Part shown: piece by piece, positions 1-8,209 of the stretch
How positions within the stretch are numbered: position 1 is the stretch's first letter
How the letters are laid out: every line of letters starts with the position of its first letter
NCBI GenBank assembly: GCA_963778655.1
Contig: CAVZVA010000009.1
Coordinates: 1,088,001-1,152,000, forward strand
DNA length: 64,000 bases
DNA from: an uncultured delta proteobacterium
GTDB lineage: Bacteria; Myxococcota_A; Polyangia; Polyangiales; JAFGIB01
Reading direction: 5' to 3'
Notes under the pieces: model-generated
Databases searched by the model: none
Told to the model about the DNA's origin: nothing
The model's input: only the letters and a program-made list of their open reading frames with translations
Position numbers and translations under genes: made by a program

Positions 1-651
1 GACGGTCTCGGCAGCGAGCTGGCGGCCGCCGTGATGCTGCAAGGGATGACCGCCCACTACCTGGTGCACGCGGTGCGGGCCACGGCCGCGGGCGACCGCG
101 CGTTGGTGCTGGCGGCCGCGGGAGGCACCGGAGGGCTGCTGGTGCAGCTGCTCAAGCAGGCGGGCGCGTACGTGATCGGCGCCTGCTCGAGCGAGCCCAA
201 GGCGGCGCTGGTGCGCGAGGCGGGCGCGGACGAGGTGATCCGCTACGACCAGCTCGACTTCGCGCAGGAGGCGCGCCGCCTGAGCGCGGGGCGTGGCGTG
301 GACGTGGTTTACGACTCGATCGGCCAGGCCACCTTCGATGCGAGCCTGCGCGCGCTGCGGCCGCGCGGGCTGTGCGTGCTGTTCGGACAGGCCAGCGGCG
401 CGGTGGCGCCGTTCGACCTGCAGCGCCTGGCGCAGGGCGGCAGCTTGTTTCTGACGCGGCCCTCGCTCGCGCACTACGTGGCGACGCGCGCGGAGCTGGA
501 GCTGCGCGCGCACGCCGTGCTCGATGCGGTGCGGAGCGGCGCGTTGCGGGTGCGCGTCGACTCACGGCTGCCGCTGCGCGAGGCCGCCGAAGCGCATCGC
601 AGGCTCGAGGGGCGGCAGACCAGCGGTAAGGTGCTCCTGCTTCCGGCGTAG
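1..651 (+). CDS. qor: NADPH:quinone oxidoreductase (zeta-crystallin/MDR family), 5'-truncated by window edge
   Basis: The frame is open from base 1 (DGLGSELAAAVMLQGMTAHYL). It has the AAAGGTG nucleotide-binding motif, GVDVVYDSIG, GSLFLTRPSL and the C-terminal TSGKVLL typical of Qor. Confidence 0.9.
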   Translation, partial: DGLGSELAAAVMLQGMTAHYLVHAVRATAAGDRALVLAAAGGTGGLLVQLLKQAGAYVIGACSSEPKAALVREAGADEVIRYDQLDFAQEARRLSAGRGVDVVYDSIGQATFDASLRALRPRGLCVLFGQASGAVAPFDLQRLAQGGSLFLTRPSLAHYVATRAELELRAHAVLDAVRSGALRVRVDSRLPLREAAEAHRRLEGRQTSGKVLLLPA

Positions 652-732
652 TCGCACATGCTCTGCGCCACACGCCGCGGAACGCGCGTGCGGTGATTGC
701 GGTCGCGCGCGCGACGACCGAAGATCGGGCGC

Positions 733-1416
733 ATGAGGGGATTCAAACGACTCTGGGCAGTGGTCGGTACGGTGGGCCTGGTCGCAGCGGGCTGCGGCGG
801 CGGCGGCAGCGCTTGCGAGAACGTCGGAGCGTGCGGCGGCGACCTGGTGGGCGACTGGGACATCGTCTCGTATTGCGCGGCCACGAGCGTGTCGGGGGCC
901 GGCGCGGGCCTGGACATGGCGGGTGCGGGCCTGGACAACTTCTGCAGCCAGGCGACGGTCGACACCTCGGGCATCCGGGTCACGGGCTCGATGTCGTTCA
1001 AGCCGGACATGACGTACACCGAAACCGAGACCCTTTCGGGAACGATGAGCATGACGCTGCCGGCAGCGTGTCTCAGGCAGGGCAACGTGACGGCGACCTG
1101 CGCGCAGGTGGAGCAGTCGGCCAATGCCGGGCTCAGCGGCGATCCCACGACGCGAGACGCGATCGGTCCGATCAAGTGCTCGGGCTCGGCGGGTGGCGGC
1201 TGCGCGTGCCGGATGCCGTTCTCACAACCTGCTGCCATGGGCACGGGCGTGTACAGTACCAGCGGGTCGGTCCTCACGCAGAGCGGCAGCGACCAAAGCG
1301 ACTACTGCGTGAAGGGAACCACGCTGTACCTGAAGCCGCACCAGAGCATGACCATGAGCATGGGCTCGATGGGCAGCGTCGACGTCAACGAGCAGGTCGT
1401 GCTCGAAAAGAAGTAA
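733..1416 (+). CDS. Cys-rich secreted lipoprotein of unknown function
   Basis: ATG at 733 gives MRGFKRLWAVVGTVGLVAAGC (signal peptide plus lipobox). ACGGDLVGDW and many Cys follow, in the style of myxobacterial lipoproteins. Confidence 0.7.
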   Translation: MRGFKRLWAVVGTVGLVAAGCGGGGSACENVGACGGDLVGDWDIVSYCAATSVSGAGAGLDMAGAGLDNFCSQATVDTSGIRVTGSMSFKPDMTYTETETLSGTMSMTLPAACLRQGNVTATCAQVEQSANAGLSGDPTTRDAIGPIKCSGSAGGGCACRMPFSQPAAMGTGVYSTSGSVLTQSGSDQSDYCVKGTTLYLKPHQSMTMSMGSMGSVDVNEQVVLEKK

Positions 1417-1435
1417 CACCCGCGGACCCGCGCGC

Positions 1436-4042
1436 TCACAGCAGCTTGCCGATCGCCTCGACCGCGTGGGCGACGTCCGGTTGCTCGTGCAGCATCCCGG
1501 CCATCGGATCGCCGTAACGCTGTACCCGTTCGGGCACCGTGAACATGGTGAAGACGCCCGGGTCGAGGCCGAAGCCGACCTCGTCCCAGCTCAGCGGGGT
1601 CGAAACGCGTGCGCCTGCGAAGGCGCGCACGCAGTAGGGCGCGACGATCGCGCGCGAGCGGCCGGTCTGGCCGGTGTCGATGTAGACGGCGTTGGGCCGC
1701 TTGGCGCGCATGCGCTCCACGGTGGAGATGTCGGGGCGGCGGGCGTGGACGATGCGACCGAGCAACTCGGCCAGCGTCTTGCCCAGCTTGAACGGCACCC
1801 CGCCCAGCGGAACCAGCACGTGCAGGCCGGTCTGGCCGGAGGTCTTCGGGTAGCCGCTGAGCTTCAGCTCGTCGAGCAGCTTGTGCAGCTCGCGCGCGAG
1901 CTCGATCGCGTGCGCCAGCGGCGCCTCGCCCAGATCGAAGTCGATGGTCAGGAAGTCGCAGCGCTCCAGATCGTCGGCGCGCGAGGCCAGGATGTGCAGC
2001 GGGATCGAGCCCAGGTTTGCGATGTAGAGCAGGGTATCGCGGTCGTCGACCAGGAACGACATCACCTCGCGGCCGTCGTGGTCGTCGGAGCGCAAGGGCA
2101 AAGCGCGCACCCAGTCGGGGGTGCCCTGGGGCAGGTTCCACTGGAAGAAGTGCTTGCCCTCGATGCCGTCGGGATAGCGCGTCATCAACACCGGGCGCCC
2201 GCGCAGGTAGGGCAGGATGGTGTCGGCGATCTCGGCGTAGTAACGGCACAGCTCGCCCTTGGTGTAGCCCTCGTCGGGCCAGAACACCTTGTCCTGGTTG
2301 GTGAGCTGAACGCGGCCGAGCGAGGCGGCGGAGGCGCTGCGGTGCGCGCGATCGGCCTCGTGCAGCGCGAGCTCCACGCGTTCTTGCTGCGGGGCCGCGG
2401 TGCACGCGCTGGGCGCGACGTCGTCGCGGATGCCCCGCAGGGTGGGGTGACGCAGGTGGCCGTCCGGGGTGAAGCCGGCGTGACGCACGCTCACCACCAG
2501 CTGCGGCCGCACGAAGCTGCGCCCGTGGGGCGCGTCCTCGAGCGGCCCTTCGAGCGGCGCCTGCTCGACCACGAGCGGCTGCAGGCGCGCGAGCAGCTGC
2601 TCGATGGTCGCGTCGCTGAAGCCGCTGCCGACGCGGCCGCGGTAGACCAGGCGCTCGCCCGCGTAGGTGGCCAGCTCGAGCGCGCCCAATTGCGCGCGGC
2701 TGCCCCCGCCGCGGGTGAAGCCGACCACGACCAGCTCGTCGTCGCGCTCGCGCTTGAGCTTGATCCAGTCGCCGCTGCGGCGTGGGCCCAGCGTGTACGG
2801 CGAGTCGGCGCGCTTGGCGACTACGCCCTCCAGGCCTTGCTGCGTGCAGAACTCCCACAGCGGCCGGCCGTCGTCCTGCAGATGGTCGAGCACGCGGATC
2901 ACCCCCTTGCCGGGAACCGCGCGCGCGAGCAGGCGCTTGCGCGCGTGCAGCGGCAACGCGCGCAGATCGAGCTCGCCGAGCGCAAGCAGGTCGAACACCA
3001 AGTAGCTGACCGGCACCGCGCGCGCCGCGCGGCGCGCCTCGAGCGCGCGCGTGGCGTGAATGCGCGTGCCGAGGCGGTGGAAGTCGGGACGGCCGAGATC
3101 GTCGAACGCGACGACCTCGCCGTCGAGGATCACCCGCTCGCTGGCGAGCGCGCGCACGGCGCGTGCGACCTCGGGGTAGCTTTCGGTCGCGCTGCGTCCG
3201 GTGCGGTAGCGCAGCGACACGGTGGGACCGTCGCGGTGCGCGAGCACGCGCACGCCGTCGAGCTTGAGCTCGTACAGCATGCCCGGCTGCGCGAGCGCGC
3301 GCGACTGGGCGTGCGTTTCGGCCGATGCCGCGCACAGCATCGGTGTCCAGTTGCCGGCGGTCGCCGGTAGCGGCCGCGCACCCAGCGCGCGCGCGTCCTC
3401 CAGAATCGCGCCGGCGATCGCCGGCGCGTTGTCGAGCTCCTCCACCGTGAGCCCGGACAGCACGCTGCGCGGCTGCTCCTGTGCCACGTCGCTGTGCTCC
3501 CGCGCGAACGCGTCGGCCTTCTTGATCAGCAGCCACTCGGGTTGAGCGGGCTCCGGCTCGCCCTTGCGGCCCGAGAGCTTGACCAGCGCGAAACGGCCGC
3601 GGAGCTTGTAGCCGTGCAGGGTGAAGTCGAGCTTGCCGCGCTCGACGCCGTGCTCGGCGCTGCCCTCGAGGTAGCGGATGGCGCCGCGATCCCACAGGAT
3701 CATCGCGCCGGCGCCGTAGTTGCCAGCGGGGATCACCGCCTCGAAATCCAGGTACTCGAGCGGGTGGTCCTCGGTGTTGATGGCCAGGCGTTTTTCCGCC
3801 GGGTCCAGGCTCGGCCCCCTAGGCACCGCGAAGCTCTTGAGCACCCCGCCCAGCTCGATGCGCAGATCGAAGTGGCGGCGCGTGGCGTCGTGCAGGTGCA
3901 CCACGAAGGAGCCCGCCGTGGCCTGCTGCGAGCCGGACTCGGCGCTGCGCAGAGGTTCAGCGGAGAACGGCTCCTGGGTGGTTCCCGGATCGCGCTTGTC
4001 GCGGTAGCTCTGGAGCGATTTCGGCGCTTGCTTTTTCGCCAA
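1436..4042 (-). CDS. ligD: NHEJ DNA ligase D (phosphoesterase-ligase-polymerase domain order)
   Basis: N-terminal PE domain (HDATRRHFDLRIE, TEDHPLEY). Ligase motif I ELKLDGVR, EGVVAKR and LRHP. Primase-like POL domain (TNQDKVFWP, RYPDGI, DFD, KTSGQTGLH). TTG start. Confidence 0.95.
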   Translation of the reverse strand: MAKKQAPKSLQSYRDKRDPGTTQEPFSAEPLRSAESGSQQATAGSFVVHLHDATRRHFDLRIELGGVLKSFAVPRGPSLDPAEKRLAINTEDHPLEYLDFEAVIPAGNYGAGAMILWDRGAIRYLEGSAEHGVERGKLDFTLHGYKLRGRFALVKLSGRKGEPEPAQPEWLLIKKADAFAREHSDVAQEQPRSVLSGLTVEELDNAPAIAGAILEDARALGARPLPATAGNWTPMLCAASAETHAQSRALAQPGMLYELKLDGVRVLAHRDGPTVSLRYRTGRSATESYPEVARAVRALASERVILDGEVVAFDDLGRPDFHRLGTRIHATRALEARRAARAVPVSYLVFDLLALGELDLRALPLHARKRLLARAVPGKGVIRVLDHLQDDGRPLWEFCTQQGLEGVVAKRADSPYTLGPRRSGDWIKLKRERDDELVVVGFTRGGGSRAQLGALELATYAGERLVYRGRVGSGFSDATIEQLLARLQPLVVEQAPLEGPLEDAPHGRSFVRPQLVVSVRHAGFTPDGHLRHPTLRGIRDDVAPSACTAAPQQERVELALHEADRAHRSASAASLGRVQLTNQDKVFWPDEGYTKGELCRYYAEIADTILPYLRGRPVLMTRYPDGIEGKHFFQWNLPQGTPDWVRALPLRSDDHDGREVMSFLVDDRDTLLYIANLGSIPLHILASRADDLERCDFLTIDFDLGEAPLAHAIELARELHKLLDELKLSGYPKTSGQTGLHVLVPLGGVPFKLGKTLAELLGRIVHARRPDISTVERMRAKRPNAVYIDTGQTGRSRAIVAPYCVRAFAGARVSTPLSWDEVGFGLDPGVFTMFTVPERVQRYGDPMAGMLHEQPDVAHAVEAIGKLL

Positions 4043-4054
4043 GGCTCGTGCCCC

Positions 4055-4064
4055 AGGATATCCT
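4055..4064. promoter_or_regulatory. Perfect palindrome AGGATATCCT between divergent ligD and ku; possible bidirectional -10 element or operator
   Basis: The 10-bp palindrome reads TATCCT (TAnnnT) on both strands, 9 nt from the ku ATG and 12 nt from the ligD TTG. It is flanked by AAGGCT (4041-4046) and AGCCTT (4066-4071). Confidence 0.5.
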
Positions 4065-4073
4065 TAGCCTTCG

Positions 4074-4979
4074 ATGGCTGCGCGTCCCACCGGATCGACC
4101 GCGATTTCGTTCGGGTTGGTCTCGATTCCGGTGAAGATTTATACCGCGACCTCGGCTCAGGGCGTGCATTTCAATCAGCTGCACAAGAAGTGCGGCTCGC
4201 GGCTGAAGCAGCGCATGTACTGCCCGGTCTGCGACGAGCAGGTCGAGCGCGACGACATCGTCAAGGGCTACGAGGTCGCGAAGAACCAGTACGTGCAGTT
4301 CAGCGGCGAGGAGCTCAACGCGCTCGAGGCCGAGCGGTCGCACACTCTGGACCTGGTCGAGTTCGTCCCGGAAGACTTCGTCGACCTCATCTATGTGGAC
4401 AAGAGCCAATATCTCGGGCCCGACAAGGGAGGTCACAAGGCCTTCAACCTGCTGGTGAAGGCGATGCGCCGCACCGGGCGCATCGGCGTCGGTAGATACC
4501 AGTCGCACGGCAAGGAGAAGCTGGTGCTGCTGCGCCCCTACAAGAAGGGGCTGATCCTGCACGAGGTCTATCACGCCAACGAGGTGCGCTCGTACGAGGA
4601 CGTGGACCTGGGGCCCGACCAGCGCTTCAACGAATCGGAGGAGGCGCTGGCCGACCAGCTGATCGCCTCGCTCTCGAGTGAGACCTTCGAGCCCCAGAAA
4701 TACCGCGACGACTACGTCGATCGGGTGCACAAGGCGGCCGAGCAGAAGGTGGCGGGTCAGGAGCTGACGATCGCCCCGGAGCAGCCAGCGGCCCAGATCA
4801 TCGACCTGTTCGAGGCGCTCAAGGAGAGCCTGCGCGAGGCCCAGGCCAAGCGCGCCACCGGCACCGAGGGCGGCGAGCCGCCGCAGGCCCCCGCAGCAGC
4901 CGGGGCCGGCGATGAGGCGCCGGGCGGGGAGGCCAAAGCCTCGCGACGCGGCGTCACCAAGGGCCCGAGGAAGGCCTGA
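4074..4979 (+). CDS. ku: NHEJ DNA end-binding protein Ku
   Basis: ISFGLVSIPVKIYTAT, DIVKGYE, YRDDY and IIDLFEALKESL motifs, a basic C-terminal tail, and adjacency to ligD. Confidence 0.95.
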   Translation: MAARPTGSTAISFGLVSIPVKIYTATSAQGVHFNQLHKKCGSRLKQRMYCPVCDEQVERDDIVKGYEVAKNQYVQFSGEELNALEAERSHTLDLVEFVPEDFVDLIYVDKSQYLGPDKGGHKAFNLLVKAMRRTGRIGVGRYQSHGKEKLVLLRPYKKGLILHEVYHANEVRSYEDVDLGPDQRFNESEEALADQLIASLSSETFEPQKYRDDYVDRVHKAAEQKVAGQELTIAPEQPAAQIIDLFEALKESLREAQAKRATGTEGGEPPQAPAAAGAGDEAPGGEAKASRRGVTKGPRKA

Positions 4980-5033
4980 GGCGGGCTGGGCCCCGGGCTT
5001 CGCGGGTCATCGACGAGCGGCCCGATCCGCTAG

Positions 5034-5060
5034 CCTTCCCGTCTTCCCGCCTTCCTGTGA
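5034..5060 (-). repeat. REP-like intergenic repeat, family A (TCACAGGAAGGCGGGAAGACGGGAAGG)
   Basis: Exact 27-nt reverse complement of 55892-55918. Confidence 0.8.
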
Positions 5061-5168
5061 ACCTTCGACTGGTGCGGTCTCGGCGTTTCCGGCTGCGGGC
5101 TCGGCCCGCAACCCGCTCGACGGCGCGCCCGAGTCGGTGTACTTGCTTGCGCGAAGGGAGCGGCGGTC

Positions 5169-5924
5169 ATGGCGGAGCAGAGCAAAGGCGGCGAGCGGGG
5201 CGACGACCTGCCTGTGATCGACGTGGCAGAGCGCGCCGGCCACCACACCGGCAACCCGCAGGTGCTGCAGACGCGGCTATTCATGCAGCTGCTGGCGTTC
5301 GACTGCGCGCCCGATCTCGATCCCGTGCACGCCATCGACCGGGTCGGCAACGAGCTCGGCGAGCGCGACTGCTGCGCCGTCCTGTACGAGGACGTCCAGG
5401 TGCCGAGCGGCTTCGCGGTGCTGACCTGGAGCGAGGACCCGGCGCACTTCGTGACCAGAGTGCGCCCGGCCGTCGTTGCCGCGGGCCGGGGCATCGTGCT
5501 GCGGCCCGAGCTCGGCATGCTGGGCCGGACCTACGCCACCGGCTACGAGCCCGACCTGGGCTTCTGGTTGCTGGAGCGGCCGGTGGCGACCGTCAACAAC
5601 GAGGCCTGGCCGTGGGCGGTGTGGTACCCGTTGCGCCGCAAGGGCGGGTTCAACCGGCTCGAGGGCCGCGAGCAGGCCGCGATCTTGAAGGAGCACGGGC
5701 TGATCGGACGCGCGTACGGGGCGCAGGACCTGGCGCACGACATCCGGCTGGCCTGCTTCGGGCTCGACGCCCACGACAACGACTTCGTGATCGGGCTGGT
5801 CGGGCAGGAGCTGCACCCGCTCTCGCACGTGGTGCAAGCCATGCGCAAGACCCGGCAGACCGCGGAGTTCATCGCGCAGATGGGGCCGTTCTTCATCGGC
5901 CACGTGGCCAGGCGTCTGACCTGA
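5169..5924 (+). CDS. Chlorite dismutase-like heme protein, possibly coproheme decarboxylase (ChdC/HemQ)
   Basis: WYPLRRK, EHGLIGRAY (proximal His), GLDAHDNDF, MRKT and GPFFIG motifs of the Cld/ChdC superfamily. Upstream GGGAG SD. Confidence 0.8.
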   Translation: MAEQSKGGERGDDLPVIDVAERAGHHTGNPQVLQTRLFMQLLAFDCAPDLDPVHAIDRVGNELGERDCCAVLYEDVQVPSGFAVLTWSEDPAHFVTRVRPAVVAAGRGIVLRPELGMLGRTYATGYEPDLGFWLLERPVATVNNEAWPWAVWYPLRRKGGFNRLEGREQAAILKEHGLIGRAYGAQDLAHDIRLACFGLDAHDNDFVIGLVGQELHPLSHVVQAMRKTRQTAEFIAQMGPFFIGHVARRLT

Positions 5925-5945
5925 GCCCGGGTCGGGCAACGCGCG

Positions 5946-6692
5946 ATGATCCGTCTCAGCGTCAACCTCAACAAGGTCGCCACGCTGCGTAACGCGCGCG
6001 GCGGCGCGTTGCCGAGCGTGCTCGAGGCGGCAGGTGTCTGTCTGGCGGCGGGCGCAGGCGGCATCACCGTGCATCCGCGCCTCGACCAGCGTCACATCCG
6101 ACCCGATGACGTGCGCGAGCTGGCGGGCCTGTTGGCAGAGCCGCGCCGGCGCGGGATCGAATACAACATCGAGGGCGACCCGCGGCCCGACTGGTTGGCG
6201 CTCGTGCACGAGGTGCGTCCCGATCAAGCAACGCTGGTGCCGGTGCGGCCGGGCGAGATCACCAGCGAGGCGGGTTGGGGCGCCGGCACCGACGCGGCGC
6301 AGATACGGCGCGTGATCGCGGAGCTGCGCGCAGCCGGCGTCCGCGTGAGCCTGTTCGTGGAGGCCACGCCCGCAGCCGTGAGCTGGGCCAAGCAAATGGG
6401 CGCCGACCGCGTCGAGCTCTACACCGGGCCGTTCGCCGCGGCGTTCGCGCGCGGCGAGCAAGAGGGCAGGGCGGTGTTCGCGCGTCACGCGGAGGCTGCC
6501 GAGCAGGCGCACGCGCTGGGGCTCGGCATCAATGCCGGCCACGACCTCGACCTCGACAATCTGGTGCTGTATCGCGGTCTGCCGCAGCTGGTCGAGGTTT
6601 CGATCGGGCACGCCCTGATCGGGCGCGCGCTGTTCGTTGGGCTGGAGCGCGCGGTGCGCAAGTACCTTCGCGTGCTTGGCAGCGTGAGCTGA
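5946..6692 (+). CDS. pdxJ: Pyridoxine 5'-phosphate synthase
   Basis: LSVNLNKVATLRNARG, GITVHPRLDQRHIR, VELYTG, INAGHDL and EVSIGHALI. Confidence 0.95.
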   Translation: MIRLSVNLNKVATLRNARGGALPSVLEAAGVCLAAGAGGITVHPRLDQRHIRPDDVRELAGLLAEPRRRGIEYNIEGDPRPDWLALVHEVRPDQATLVPVRPGEITSEAGWGAGTDAAQIRRVIAELRAAGVRVSLFVEATPAAVSWAKQMGADRVELYTGPFAAAFARGEQEGRAVFARHAEAAEQAHALGLGINAGHDLDLDNLVLYRGLPQLVEVSIGHALIGRALFVGLERAVRKYLRVLGSVS

Positions 6693-6753
6693 GCGCGGCT
6701 TCGGTTGCGGCGAGCGCGCCGCGGCAGGCGGAAGCGAGCGCAGGCGCGCGAGG

Positions 6754-8160
6754 TCACGCTCGGGTGCGCCGGCGGCGCGCGAACGCCGCCAGCGCGAGCA
6801 CTGCCAGCCCGGTGCCTAGGCCGCGCGCGCCGCGCGCCAGGTTCGGCCCGCCGCCGCGGTGTGCCGCGGGCGTGCGCACCGCGTGCAGCGCGCGCTCGAA
6901 GGGGCCGCGGATGGCGAGGGTGAGTCCGTCGTCCTGGATGTTCACGAACAGCGTGCGGCCGTCCGGGCTGAAGCACGGTCCGGCGAACTCGCTGTCGCTC
7001 AAGGCATTGCGCGCGAAGGGCAGCACCGCGCCGTCAGGCTCGATGCGCCGGATGAAGTCGCCGCCCGGGCCGTCCTCGGCCACGTACAGCTGGCCCAGCG
7101 GCGAGACGCACAGGTTGTCGGGCATGTCGAGGCGCTCGGGGTCGGTCGACTCGGCCACCACCTCGAGCGCGGGCTGCGGGCCGAGCCCCAGGCGGAACAC
7201 CTGCCCGCGACCGAGCGGGCCGCCGGCGGTGGCGGAGAAGTACGCCTCGTGGCCGGCCAGCCACAGCCCTTCGCCGCGGCACACCACCGCGGCGCCCTTG
7301 GCCACGGCCTGTGCGCGCACGCTGTCGTCCGCGGGGTCGGGCTGCGCGATGTCGACCCAGTCGACCGCAAGGCGGGCGCCCGGACGCTGCGCGCGCGTCT
7401 CGAAGCCGGGGCGGCCGGTGACGCGCAGCGCTTGCAGCGTGCCCGCGAATGGCTGCTGCCGGCTCGACGGCACGAAGCGGTAGAAGCAGCCGTCCGGCCG
7501 GTCCTCGGTCAGATAGGCGATCAGCGTGCGCGGATCGACCGCGGCCGCCTCGTGGCGCATGCGGCCGTAGCTGGCGATCCGCTGTGCCGGCTGCACGCGC
7601 TCGGCTGCGGTCGAGCACAGAAACACGTAGCCGTGGTGCGCGTAGTCCGCCGTTTCCTCGCAGCTCAACCAACCCCACGGGCTGAGCCCGCCCGCGCAAT
7701 TCCAGTACGTGCCGCACAGCACGAGATTGGAGCGGTCGATCGCGAGCGTGCTCGCGTCGAGCACGATGCGGCTCACGCCGCCGCGTCCGGCGGGGTCGTA
7801 GGCTTCGGGTGGCGGCGCCTGTCCTGGCAGGAAGGGCCCGTGTCGCTCGTCGCCCGGCGTGACCTCGTGGTTGCGCATCAGAATCAGCCGCCCGCCTTGA
7901 CCGGCGAAGCAGCCCATCGCGTCGGGCCGACCCGGCACGCGGTAGCCGTCGCTCATACGCTGGCCGAAGCGCTGCAGCACGCGGTAGCTGAAGCCGGGAG
8001 GCAGATCGAGGATGCCGTCCTTGTCGCGCAAGAGGCCGCCGGCGGCCTCGCCGGGCTGGTCCGAGGCGGCCGCCGCCTTGCCGGCGAGCGCCGACACCGC
8101 CGCGGCGCCGCCGGCTTGCAGCAAGCGGCGCCTCCGCAGCTTGGTCGGGCTCTGGGTCAC
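6754..8160 (-). CDS. phoX: PhoX-family (DUF839) alkaline phosphatase with Tat signal and C-terminal membrane anchor
   Basis: RRRRLLQAG Tat-like leader. RNHE, NCAGGLSPWGWLSCEE, HEAAAVD, TED, RGEG, PDNL, AEDG and EFAGPCFSPDG motifs. Hydrophobic tail followed by RRRR. Confidence 0.85.
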   Translation of the reverse strand: MTQSPTKLRRRRLLQAGGAAAVSALAGKAAAASDQPGEAAGGLLRDKDGILDLPPGFSYRVLQRFGQRMSDGYRVPGRPDAMGCFAGQGGRLILMRNHEVTPGDERHGPFLPGQAPPPEAYDPAGRGGVSRIVLDASTLAIDRSNLVLCGTYWNCAGGLSPWGWLSCEETADYAHHGYVFLCSTAAERVQPAQRIASYGRMRHEAAAVDPRTLIAYLTEDRPDGCFYRFVPSSRQQPFAGTLQALRVTGRPGFETRAQRPGARLAVDWVDIAQPDPADDSVRAQAVAKGAAVVCRGEGLWLAGHEAYFSATAGGPLGRGQVFRLGLGPQPALEVVAESTDPERLDMPDNLCVSPLGQLYVAEDGPGGDFIRRIEPDGAVLPFARNALSDSEFAGPCFSPDGRTLFVNIQDDGLTLAIRGPFERALHAVRTPAAHRGGGPNLARGARGLGTGLAVLALAAFARRRRTRA

Positions 8161-8209
8161 GCTATCACCTTGCCGGTCGGCCTCGCGCCAGGCAAGCCGC
8201 TGCCGTCTT

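Noticed and set aside
1436..4979. ligD/ku as prophage or mobile cargo
   Set aside because: No integrase, phage genes, att-like repeats or visible compositional shift nearby.
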